From sequence record SRR22947725_2636: a stretch of 48,446 bases of DNA. One strand, 5' to 3'. Each line of letters opens with the position of its first letter. The stretch's first letter is position 1. Shown here piece by piece: positions 12,157 to 22,204 of the stretch. The position numbers and the translations under genes were made by a program. Under the pieces are notes generated by a model. That model had not been told where the DNA came from, made no database searches, and worked only from the letters and a program-made list of their open reading frames with translations.

Positions 12157-12627
12157 CTAAAGTGATTGAGAAAGCTTTGAAAGCATATCTTTGTGCGTTT
12201 TAGAGTCAACTTCTTTATCCAAGACTGAATTTACACCTTGCATAACCAAAGTTGAAACTTGGTCTTTAAGCTCATTACGTGCTTTCACAACCTCTTGGTC
12301 AAGTTCAGATTTAGCATGTGCCTTAATCTTATCAGCCTCTTCAGATGCTGTACCCTTTGCGTTATCTATCATCACACTAGCTTGCTTGTCAGCATTTGCA
12401 ATAATTTCAGCTGCCTGAGTTTTCGAGCTTTCGATTAAATCTTCTGCATTTTTCTGGGCTAAAGCATGCTCTTCTTTTCCAAGCTCTGCTGCCTTAAGTC
12501 CATCTTCGATCGCTTTTTTTCGAGCTGCCATAGCCTCAACTAATGGAGGCCAAACAAACTTCATGCAAAACCAGACAAACATGGCAAACATAATTGTTTG
12601 CCCAATTAGCGTAAGGTTAATATTCAT
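12157..12627 (-). CDS. atpF: ATP synthase Fo b subunit
   Basis: [24 protein letters not shown] followed by coiled coil. Confidence 0.98.
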   Translation of the reverse strand: MNINLTLIGQTIMFAMFVWFCMKFVWPPLVEAMAARKKAIEDGLKAAELGKEEHALAQKNAEDLIESSKTQAAEIIANADKQASVMIDNAKGTASEEADKIKAHAKSELDQEVVKARNELKDQVSTLVMQGVNSVLDKEVDSKTHKDMLSKLSQSL

Positions 12628-12662
12628 AACTTAATACCCTTGTTCATTGAAAAGAATACGAT

Positions 12663-12905
<243 letters not shown>

Positions 12906-12933
12906 CTACTTATTAAAACTATTTAAAAAAAAA

Positions 12934-14099
<1,166 letters not shown>

Positions 14100-14135
14100 T
14101 TGCTTCTGACCACCCTGACTGTGCACAAACGCAAT

Positions 14136-14163
14136 ATTATACAATTTAATGTTTAATAGTCAA
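14136..14163 (-). promoter_or_regulatory. Sigma70 promoter of the atp operon
   Basis: Minus strand TTGACT-16 bp-TATAAT. Confidence 0.7.
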
Positions 14164-14249
14164 GCATTCAAAATGGAAAAAATCTAGCGTGAAGTTAAAA
14201 AAAAATTCAACTTAATAAGAAGTATGATTCAATAATATTAAGAATGTGT

Positions 14250-15911
14250 TCAGGAGCCAGTGTCAATCATTTCCTCTGCGGCTATTCTGGTTTTGTTGCT
14301 AATTTTAATCCCGCCAAGTATTCGGGCAACCTCATCAGCTCTTTCTTTCCTGCTGAGGCTCGTCACACTTGTAAATGTGAGTCCATCTTTTTGAGTTTTC
14401 TCAACCTTCATATGATCTTTCCCTTGAGCTGCAACCTGGGCTAGATGTGTTACACATATAATTTGATATTTTTTTGAGAGTTTTTTTAGCATTTGACCGA
14501 CAATTTCAGCAACTGAACCACTAATTCCAACATCAACCTCATCAAAAACTACGCATGGTATCAAAACAGTGTTGGTGCCCGAAACTGAGAGTGCTAAGGA
14601 GATCCTTGATAGTTCGCCTCCTGAGGCAACCTTATTGAGTGGCTTAAAATCTTGTCCTGCATTAGTTTTAACTTGAATAACCACTTCGTCAACACCATTC
14701 AGCTTAACTTCTGCAACAGGCGGTCCAACCTCAAAGATAATTTCACTTCCAGGCATTCCAAGATTTTGCATAAGAAGAGTGACCTCTTTAGAAAGAATTT
14801 TGCTAGCCTTTTTTCTCTCTTGTGTAAGTATTTTTGACCTGACGAAATATTCTTTTTCAAATGCTTCTTGCTGTTGATACAGTTTGTCCAAAGCTTCATT
14901 AGATGAGCTTAATTCATTAACTTTTTCTTCAAGAGTTTTCTGAACATCAACTAACTCAGTAATCTGACAATTATGCTTTCTCCCAAGGCCATGAAGTAGC
15001 GTAATTCTCTCACTTAAGTGTGTTAAATTATCCTCCTGGTTACTAATTTTACTTAGATAGTCGTTTAAGTCATAAACGCTCTCCTGAACCTGTACCTGGG
15101 CACTTGAGATTAATTCTCTTATTCCATTAAGACGAGAATCAAGCTCTTTTGATTGCTCCAATTCACTCTCACTTTCAATAAGAATGTTATTAACGCCACG
15201 ATCATCATTTAATAAATTTAAAATCTTTGATATTTTTTCTACAAGCTCGCTTGAATTTACTGACGCTTTGTACTCGTCTTCAATATTATTTAGCTCTTCT
15301 AAATTAATTTCAGCCTGATTAAGTTCATCAAGTTGATGCATTAGTAGCTCTTTTTGAGAAGAAAGAAGAGCACTTTCAGCACTTAAGGTTTCAAGTTTAC
15401 TTTTGACATCATGGTAGTTTACATAAGCCTTATTTACCTCATCACAAAGAACCTGAGACCCTGAAAAGTCATCCAACAAAATTCGATGGTGGTTGGTTCG
15501 CAATAAAAGTTGATGTTCGTTTTGACCGTGCATATCGATCAGATAACTTCCTATATTACTGAGCACTGACAATGGCACTTTTCTGCCATTAACGTATGAA
15601 CGCGACTTGCCATCTGAAACAATTATTCTTCTTAAAATACATTCCGAATCACTATCTAAATCTTGGCTCTCAAGATAGGACTTGAGCTTTAGATTTGAAT
15701 GGATATTAAAAGAAGCAGTAATTTCTGCCTTAGCTGCACCATTTCTCACTAAAGATGCATCAGAACGGCCACCAGAAACTATACTTAACGCTTGAACAAG
15801 TATTGACTTTCCAGCCCCTGTTTCTCCTGTAATAACTGTCATACCAAGATTAAAATCTATATTTAACTCTTCTACAACAACAAGGTTTTTAATATTCAGG
15901 TACTCAAGCAT
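14250..15911 (-). CDS. recN: DNA repair protein RecN
   Basis: ITGETGAGKS, IDMHGQNEHQ, ASGGELSR, FDEVDVGISG, CVTHLAQVA. Confidence 0.98.
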   Translation of the reverse strand: MLEYLNIKNLVVVEELNIDFNLGMTVITGETGAGKSILVQALSIVSGGRSDASLVRNGAAKAEITASFNIHSNLKLKSYLESQDLDSDSECILRRIIVSDGKSRSYVNGRKVPLSVLSNIGSYLIDMHGQNEHQLLLRTNHHRILLDDFSGSQVLCDEVNKAYVNYHDVKSKLETLSAESALLSSQKELLMHQLDELNQAEINLEELNNIEDEYKASVNSSELVEKISKILNLLNDDRGVNNILIESESELEQSKELDSRLNGIRELISSAQVQVQESVYDLNDYLSKISNQEDNLTHLSERITLLHGLGRKHNCQITELVDVQKTLEEKVNELSSSNEALDKLYQQQEAFEKEYFVRSKILTQERKKASKILSKEVTLLMQNLGMPGSEIIFEVGPPVAEVKLNGVDEVVIQVKTNAGQDFKPLNKVASGGELSRISLALSVSGTNTVLIPCVVFDEVDVGISGSVAEIVGQMLKKLSKKYQIICVTHLAQVAAQGKDHMKVEKTQKDGLTFTSVTSLSRKERADEVARILGGIKISNKTRIAAEEMIDTGS

Positions 15912-15923
15912 ACTTTTAGTTAT

Positions 15924-16742
15924 TTAAACTTTTTGACCCCAGTGAAGTTTTGAACGAATAATCTCAAAATAATCATAGCCCTTAGGATGAATAAGGTGGA
16001 CAAAATTACTGTGTCTTTTAATTCTCAATGCAACTCCCTCAGAAGCAGATAAAGAAGACTGAGCATCAAAACTGATTGTCGCCCTCTCATCAAAATCTAA
16101 AAGGTTGATCAATACTTCACTTTCTCCATGAAGTATAAATGGCCTGTGGCTCATTGTGTGTGGGCTAATTGAAACCAGACAAATTGCATTGGTGCTTGGA
16201 TGCATAATTGGCCCTCCGCTTGACAAAGCATAAGCAGTTGAACCTGTCGGAGTTGTGATGATAATTCCATCAGCTCTTTGGTTATTAACAAAGTCATCAT
16301 CAACATACAGCTCAAACTCAATCATTCTCGGTGTTGCGTTTCGATGAATAACCACCTCATTAAAGGCTAGATGTTGAGATAGAACCTCATCATTTTTCTC
16401 GACCTGGCAGCTTAAAAGTGCCCTTTGCTCTTTTATATATTCTCCATTAAGAATTTCACTCACCACTGTAGCCATTGAATCAACCGAAACATCCGCCAAA
16501 AAGCCTAATCGCCCTAAATTCACCCCAAGAATAGGGATATTAAAATCAACATAGGTTCTTGCAGTATTTAAAATAGTACCGTCGCCGCCAACAACGATTA
16601 TTAAATCCGCTTCACTTTCAAACTTCTCTTGGTCCTGTAAAAAATTAACGCCAAGATCCTTAAGAAGGACTCCAAGCTCCAAAGCAGTTTTTTGACTGGT
16701 AAAATCATTAGGTTTACAGATAACGCCGACAGAATTAAACAT
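15924..16742 (-). CDS. nadK: NAD kinase
   Basis: VGGDGT, GVNLGRLGFL, NE, DG.IITTPTGSTAYALS.GGP; divergent from grpE. Confidence 0.97.
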   Translation of the reverse strand: MFNSVGVICKPNDFTSQKTALELGVLLKDLGVNFLQDQEKFESEADLIIVVGGDGTILNTARTYVDFNIPILGVNLGRLGFLADVSVDSMATVVSEILNGEYIKEQRALLSCQVEKNDEVLSQHLAFNEVVIHRNATPRMIEFELYVDDDFVNNQRADGIIITTPTGSTAYALSSGGPIMHPSTNAICLVSISPHTMSHRPFILHGESEVLINLLDFDERATISFDAQSSLSASEGVALRIKRHSNFVHLIHPKGYDYFEIIRSKLHWGQKV

Positions 16743-16746
16743 AGGC

Positions 16747-16775
16747 CTTGAAATATTTTAAAGAGTAACTAAATA
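16747..16775 (+). promoter_or_regulatory. Possible sigma32 promoter for grpE
   Basis: CTTGAAA -35 match at 16747-16753; the -10 is a poor match to CCCCAT. Confidence 0.3.
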
Positions 16776-16807
16776 ACACATTAAATATACATTAGTTTGA
16801 TAAGACA

Positions 16808-17350
16808 ATGACAAAAAAGAAGGAACAAAAAACTCAAAAGAATGCCTCTGATAAAGTAAATGAAGAGATATCTGACAGCTCAAAAATTGAAGACTTGACA
16901 TCTCAACTTGAAGAGGCGCAACAGTCTACCAAGGATAATTGGGATAAACTTTTGCGTTCCCAAGCTGAAATGGAAAATCTCAAAAGAAGAACCTCAAAAG
17001 ACTTAGAGAATGCCCATAAATTTGCCCTTGACGGATTTGTTAAAGCACTGCTTGAGGTCAGTGATTCACTCTCAATGGGTCTAAAATCGGCAACAGATGA
17101 AAAAGCTACCTTAGAAAATACTGTTGAAGGACTGGAACTTACAAACAAAGTCTTCAGCTCTACACTTGAAAAATTTGGCGTAGAAACAGTAAATCCCGTT
17201 GGGGAAAAATTTAACCCAGACCTTCATGAAGCGGTAACAATGGTTCCAATGCCTGACAAAACATCTAATACTGTGCTGGAGGTTATTCAAACAGGATTTA
17301 CACTTAATGGCCGTCTAGTTCGACCAGCGCTAGTCATAGTCGTTCAGTAA
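16808..17350 (+). CDS. grpE: Nucleotide exchange factor GrpE
   Basis: [36 protein letters not shown]. Confidence 0.98.
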   Translation: MTKKKEQKTQKNASDKVNEEISDSSKIEDLTSQLEEAQQSTKDNWDKLLRSQAEMENLKRRTSKDLENAHKFALDGFVKALLEVSDSLSMGLKSATDEKATLENTVEGLELTNKVFSSTLEKFGVETVNPVGEKFNPDLHEAVTMVPMPDKTSNTVLEVIQTGFTLNGRLVRPALVIVVQ

Positions 17351-17440
17351 AAAATAAACATAAAGTGATTTAAAACTTAATTGAAATAATTAGTTAAACT
17401 AAATCATCAAAATTATTTTGTTAGTGTTGAGTGATTCTGT

Positions 17441-17878
17441 ATGGGAACTTTTATGCGAATTGTATTTACATTATTAGTTTTTCTAAATTTAATAATAATT
17501 TCAAAAGTTGCTTTAGCGGAAACTATCCAAATTGAGTTTACTGAAAATGATTCCTATAGCCTCGAAATAGCATATGTTGATACTGGAGATACTATAGAGT
17601 GGTTGCCAAAAAATGAGGGGCATAATGTAGAGTTTCTTGCGGGCCCCAAAATGAATAATCTTCCAAATAATTCCAAAATGAACGCGTCTCACTCTGTTCT
17701 TTTTAAAACTCCAGGGGTTTATTTGTATGGATGTACGCCACATTTAAATATGGGTATGTTAGGTTTAATTATTGTCGACAATGATTTTCATAATCTAGAA
17801 GAAGTCAGTCGAATCGAATTGTCATATGTTGCGAAATCAGTTTTGGGCCGATTAATAAAAATCGCACAATCTAATTAG
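17441..17878 (+). CDS. Pseudoazurin/plastocyanin-like type 1 blue copper protein, exported (alternative start 17453)
   Basis: Signal peptide ending ALA; GDTIEW, GHNVE, Y.Y.CTPH..MGM.G supply the His/Cys/His/Met ligands. Confidence 0.88.
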   Translation: MGTFMRIVFTLLVFLNLIIISKVALAETIQIEFTENDSYSLEIAYVDTGDTIEWLPKNEGHNVEFLAGPKMNNLPNNSKMNASHSVLFKTPGVYLYGCTPHLNMGMLGLIIVDNDFHNLEEVSRIELSYVAKSVLGRLIKIAQSN

Positions 17879-18240
17879 TAATATATATTGAGAAATTTAG
17901 GGGTGAGTTGGGCTTGGCAGGGCCTCACTTACTATTCATAATAGAAACAGGTGATATTTGTCAAATTTTTGTCAGTTTTTTATACAACAAACAACATATG
18001 ATCAGAATGTTAACAAATGGCTGAGTGCTTGATATTTCACACTCTGACAAAGTTCTTGCAGAGGCTGCCTTAGCATAATGCCTCAAAATAATCAGTAGAT
18101 TGTGAAACTCAATCTTCCACATAAAACATAGAAGAACTTAACCCTTATTTAGCTTGCTTTGCGTAAAAAATTCAAAACTTTAATTTTTATTTAATCTGGG
18201 GTAGAATAATTATTTTAATTAGAAGCATAATTCGGAAACT

Positions 18241-19701
18241 ATGAAAAAACTACTCGCATTTAAACTCTCAATATTAATACTAACTTCACTTCCATTGTAT
18301 GCTAATGAAGCATTGATTGGAAGCTGGAAAAATAATGAAGGCCTCAGAATGGACTTTTTGGGTGGCTTTAAAGCAAATGTTGGGCCTGTAATTTATTGGG
18401 AGGATGATGAAGTTAGTAAGATTCACACCTGGGTAGTTAATACAAATAGCAACGAGTTGAAAATCCATTATGAATCAGGTGCGTATGAACTATCAAATGA
18501 TGGAATGCAATTATTTTGGAATACCTCTGCATGGAAAGAAAAAGAAGACTTAACATGGGAAAAAGTTGATGATGTTTTTCAGACAAACTCAATAAATTTA
18601 AAAATAGATCCGGATGCTTTTGTTAATGAACTGACCAAATCTAGTTGGAGTTCAAATTTTAATAATATTGACCTTAAAGAGTTTACGAAAACATTTTCAT
18701 CTGCTTCAGGAATTTTGTCAGAGTTTGATAACGAAGCCAATCTTGATAATCTCCAGTCATGGGGTGTTGCTTCTGGTGTTCTCATGATAGGAACCTCCGA
18801 TCTTTATGTTGAAGCAATTATTTCTGATATGTATCTAATTGCTGTTGATGAAAATGATAGTTTTCTCGTGTTATATAAAGGTGATCTAAAAGAAAATGAA
18901 GAAAGAGTTACTCTTAAAGACTCTCGAGAGAAGTTTTTATCTGCTTTAACAACAGGTGCATGGAAGCAGGTTGGATATTATTCCGATTCAATATTCAGAT
19001 ATAGACCGATAGAGGGAGATTTAAAAGGTAGGGCGTTTCTTGAGCGTGACTCAAAACTCATCTCTACCTCGGTGTGGGAGTTTTCTCCTGCTACGGGGGC
19101 TTTTAAAGAGGGTTACAATGAATATATTTCGGGAATAAACATCGGTGACCTTATTGTTTTTGTTGATGAAGATGGAGAACAAAATGCCTTTTATAGAGAT
19201 AGTTCAGTTGAATTAAAAGAATTTTCCACTTCTGATGTAAAAAATATATCTATAAGTGAGCGTTCAACTGATGACACTAAAAATGCTCTAACCAAACAAA
19301 TGTCTATAGGAAGTGGAAGTGACTTTACATTGTTTGAATTTAACTCAGATAACAGAACAGGCTACTTCCACAAATGGACCTCTCATCCTTTTCAGATAAC
19401 AGGACAAACGCTTTCAATTGATGATCACTATCCATCGAGCTTTGAGCAGTTATACATTGTTGAAGATTATTTAGTTTTTGATGAAACCTATAACTCCAAA
19501 GTTGATGTCCGAGAAAGCCGAATGAGGCCAAAAACAAATAATGAAGCTAAAGATGATGTTATTAAAGCAGTTGCTGCTATTGAGGAAGGTCAAAACTTTA
19601 TAAAAATCAGGGTTGACCTAAAAGATGGCTCAAGTGAGACAATTCCAATTCCTGTCTCATCATTACAAGATTTAAAATCGATCAGCGTTATTACGGAATA
19701 A
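18241..19701 (+). CDS. Secreted hypothetical protein with internal repeats of about 105 aa
   Basis: 486-aa ORF; signal peptide MKKLLAF...LYA; repeated L-x(3-4)-W modules; acidic, no Cys. Confidence 0.85.
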   Translation: MKKLLAFKLSILILTSLPLYANEALIGSWKNNEGLRMDFLGGFKANVGPVIYWEDDEVSKIHTWVVNTNSNELKIHYESGAYELSNDGMQLFWNTSAWKEKEDLTWEKVDDVFQTNSINLKIDPDAFVNELTKSSWSSNFNNIDLKEFTKTFSSASGILSEFDNEANLDNLQSWGVASGVLMIGTSDLYVEAIISDMYLIAVDENDSFLVLYKGDLKENEERVTLKDSREKFLSALTTGAWKQVGYYSDSIFRYRPIEGDLKGRAFLERDSKLISTSVWEFSPATGAFKEGYNEYISGINIGDLIVFVDEDGEQNAFYRDSSVELKEFSTSDVKNISISERSTDDTKNALTKQMSIGSGSDFTLFEFNSDNRTGYFHKWTSHPFQITGQTLSIDDHYPSSFEQLYIVEDYLVFDETYNSKVDVRESRMRPKTNNEAKDDVIKAVAAIEEGQNFIKIRVDLKDGSSETIPIPVSSLQDLKSISVITE

Positions 19702-19774
19702 GCTCTGTATTTACTCTACTATTATTAGGAAAAAAACAATAAAAGTAAAAAGTGGGCAAAAAAAATTACAAATA

Positions 19775-20119
19775 TTGAGTGGGTATCTTAATGATTCTCC
19801 TCTCATGAAAGAATTATTGAGCTTATCAATTCAAAATGGGCATAACGATTGGACTTACGAACAGTGGTCTGAAGTTTGTCACGAAAATGGCTGGATAGAA
19901 ATCTCTAATCAGTCTGATATTTGGGTTGAAAGTATCCAAGACGCAACTAAACGAGACTTAATAATTGCCTACAATAAACTTAATCAAGACCTTAAATGGA
20001 ATACTAAAAAGAAAGAGAAAATGCTCTTTAGAAAAGGAGATTTAGTGATCTCATATGAAAAAGACTTAGCCAATTGGTGGGATTATCAAGCTTTACTAAA
20101 TAAAAATAAATCGATATAA
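19775..20119 (+). CDS. Trp-rich hypothetical protein (alternative ATG start 19805)
   Basis: 114-codon ORF in very AT-rich DNA; no family recognised. Confidence 0.55.
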   Translation: MSGYLNDSPLMKELLSLSIQNGHNDWTYEQWSEVCHENGWIEISNQSDIWVESIQDATKRDLIIAYNKLNQDLKWNTKKKEKMLFRKGDLVISYEKDLANWWDYQALLNKNKSI

Positions 20120-20309
20120 GTCATATTAATCATCAATTTTCTATTAAATATGTCATTTTTATTAAAAAATTAATTAAAAATGTATGATTTTTGAATAAAA
20201 GACCATTTTTTAAGGACTTTTTTGCAATAAAACCTCTATATTTCATTAAAAAAGACTAAAAATATACATTTATTGGTTTTTATAAGCGAAATAATCGATA
20301 TATGATAAC

Positions 20310-20338
20310 TTGACATGCAAGGTTTAATACACTATATT
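20310..20338 (+). promoter_or_regulatory. Sigma70 promoter of the tgn-like operon
   Basis: TTGACA (20310-20315)-17 bp-TATATT (20333-20338). Confidence 0.75.
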
Positions 20339-20344
20339 TCTTCA

Positions 20345-20426
20345 TACTCAAGTCGGCAGGCAGTGAGACAAAAAGGTGTGTGCCATGAAGGTTAGTATAC
20401 TACTACCAGAGAAAGTGACCTTATGA
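20345..20426 (+). promoter_or_regulatory. Structured 5' leader: predicted H-type pseudoknot plus 13-codon uORF (20385-20426)
   Basis: CTCA/TGAG and GGCAGGCA/TGTGTGCC crossing stems; AAGGTG SD-like sequence; uORF MKVSILLPEKVTL* ends in an ATGA overlap with the next gene. Confidence 0.4.
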
Positions 20427-21250
20427 GCGACTTGATAAAAGACAATCTTAACAAATCAACCAATCTTTTGGATAAAGATAGCACTGCCTATAGGGTTTTT
20501 GGTGAGAGTGGCCCATACTTAATTTTTGTTCATGGAGTTGGTATGTCTGGTGAAATTTGGACACCCCAAGTGAAACATTTTTTTTCTAACTATAGAGTTA
20601 TAACATATGACTTTCTTGGGCATGGCCAGAGTCCAATCCCAAAAAAACCCCCTTCCATTGAGGACTATGTTGAACAACTCAACTCACTTGTAGAAACAAT
20701 TAATATCTCTAATTTCAGTCTAGTTGGCCACTCCATGGGTGCTCTAATAAGTGTTGCTTTTGGCCTAAAGTATCCAGAAAAAATTACCGCATTAATATCT
20801 CTAAATATGGTTTATAAAAGAAGTATAAATGCTCAAATTGATGTAATCGAACGTGCAAATTTAATTTTAAAACAAGGTGAAATAAATAATATAGGCCAAA
20901 CCTTGGATAGATGGTTTAAAAATAAAACAGAATATCATCAAATTCAGCAAATAAAGAAAGTGCATCAACTTTTAACTGATGTAAATCCGCAGGGTTATGG
21001 ATACGCATATAAATTATTTGCAGAGTCTGATCGTCACTTTGAAAATAAACTTTCAGAACTTAGCGTACCTGTTTTATACTTAACTGGGAGTGACGATCCA
21101 AACTCAACCCCAGATATGTCAAGCGAAATGGCTCATGAATCTCCTCAAGGCAGTTTTATCAGTATTGCAAATGAAGCACATATGATGGCGTATATTGCCC
21201 CAGAAAAGATAAATCCAGTAATTGAAAAATTTATAAAAACGAATGAATAA
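20423..21250 (+). CDS. tgnD: Alpha/beta hydrolase, TgnD-like (trigonelline pathway hydrolase)
   Basis: FVHGVG, YDFLGHG, GHSMG nucleophile, TGSDD.NSTP, EAHMM; assignment rests on operon context. Confidence 0.72.
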   Translation: MSDLIKDNLNKSTNLLDKDSTAYRVFGESGPYLIFVHGVGMSGEIWTPQVKHFFSNYRVITYDFLGHGQSPIPKKPPSIEDYVEQLNSLVETINISNFSLVGHSMGALISVAFGLKYPEKITALISLNMVYKRSINAQIDVIERANLILKQGEINNIGQTLDRWFKNKTEYHQIQQIKKVHQLLTDVNPQGYGYAYKLFAESDRHFENKLSELSVPVLYLTGSDDPNSTPDMSSEMAHESPQGSFISIANEAHMMAYIAPEKINPVIEKFIKTNE

Positions 21251-22184
21251 AAAAGACAAAACTAGAGAATTAAGACAAGCATTAGGATCATTTCCTACAG
21301 GAGTAACTGTTGTAACTTGTCTCGACTCAAACAATAACCCGCTGGGATTTACTGCCAACTCATTTACATCTGTCTCTCTAGAACCGCAACTAATCTCAAT
21401 ATGTATTGATAAAGACTCCTTTAATATTGAATCCTTTTCAATAGTTGGGCACTTTGCAGTGAGCGTTCTTTCTGAAGATCAACAGGCTATCTCAACAACA
21501 TTTGCAACTCCAAATGAAGATCGTTTTTTGGATATTGAGTGGGATTCAAAAAATACTGGAAGTCCAATTATTAAAGGCGCTGTAGCCTGGTTTGATTGTG
21601 ATACTGAACAGGTTATTAGTGCTGGAGATCATCTGATTCTAATTGGGAAGATTATTGCCTTTGACAGCACCCCTAAGACACCACTTATGTATCTTAGGGG
21701 TAATTATGTTAATCTTGGTCTCGAGCAAAAAATGAGACTAGCAATGGAGAATGAAAATACAATAATAGTTGTGGGTGCATTAATTGAATGGCAAAAAAAA
21801 GTGCTCCTGCTAAAAGACAAAACAAGCGGCAAACTTTATTTTCCTTCTGCCTCCAGGCTTGGGCATATTGATGATGAACAAAGTCTTCTTGGAGTTCTAA
21901 ACAAGCTAAGTATTTCAATTAGCGAACACTATCTTTTTTCAGTCTTTGAAAAGCCTCTGGATAAAACAAGCCTCATTTATTATCGTGCTCAGGCTAAAGA
22001 AGGATCAATTGAATCTCAAAATAACTTTTATGACTTTGATGCAATTCCGTTTGACAAACTTAATGATGAAGCGAGTAGAATAATGCTCAAGCGTTATATT
22101 AAAGAGAGAGATTTGAATGCTTTTGGGATTTTTGTTGGAAAAGAAAGTGAAGGTAAAATTGAGGCAATCAGTACAACTAATTAA
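21243..22184 (+). CDS. tgnA: Flavin reductase component of a two-component monooxygenase, TgnA-like, with extra C-terminal domain
   Basis: LR.ALGSFPTGVTVVT, GFTANSFTSVSL.P, AGDH.ILIG; adjacent to an LLM oxygenase. Confidence 0.78.
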   Translation: MNKKDKTRELRQALGSFPTGVTVVTCLDSNNNPLGFTANSFTSVSLEPQLISICIDKDSFNIESFSIVGHFAVSVLSEDQQAISTTFATPNEDRFLDIEWDSKNTGSPIIKGAVAWFDCDTEQVISAGDHLILIGKIIAFDSTPKTPLMYLRGNYVNLGLEQKMRLAMENENTIIVVGALIEWQKKVLLLKDKTSGKLYFPSASRLGHIDDEQSLLGVLNKLSISISEHYLFSVFEKPLDKTSLIYYRAQAKEGSIESQNNFYDFDAIPFDKLNDEASRIMLKRYIKERDLNAFGIFVGKESEGKIEAISTTN

Positions 22185-22204
22185 AATTTATAGGAACTTT
22201 TAAA

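Noticed and set aside
14100-14144. N-terminal extension of atpI from the TTG at 14144
   Set aside because: Overlaps the predicted -10 element, so it would not be transcribed
17902-17929. GC-rich patch GTGAG...CTCAC after the cupredoxin as a terminator or tRNA/att remnant
   Set aside because: Only a 5-6 bp stem with a long loop, no U-tract and no tRNA features
17998-18140. Possible decayed reading frame MIRMLTNG*VLDISHSDKVLAEAALA*CLKIISRL*
   Set aside because: Looks protein-like but has several stops and cannot be assigned without a TBLASTN/HMM search
20120-20300. Extremely AT-rich spacer considered as a repeat array or CRISPR leader
   Set aside because: No regularly spaced repeats and no cas genes; more likely upstream promoter DNA
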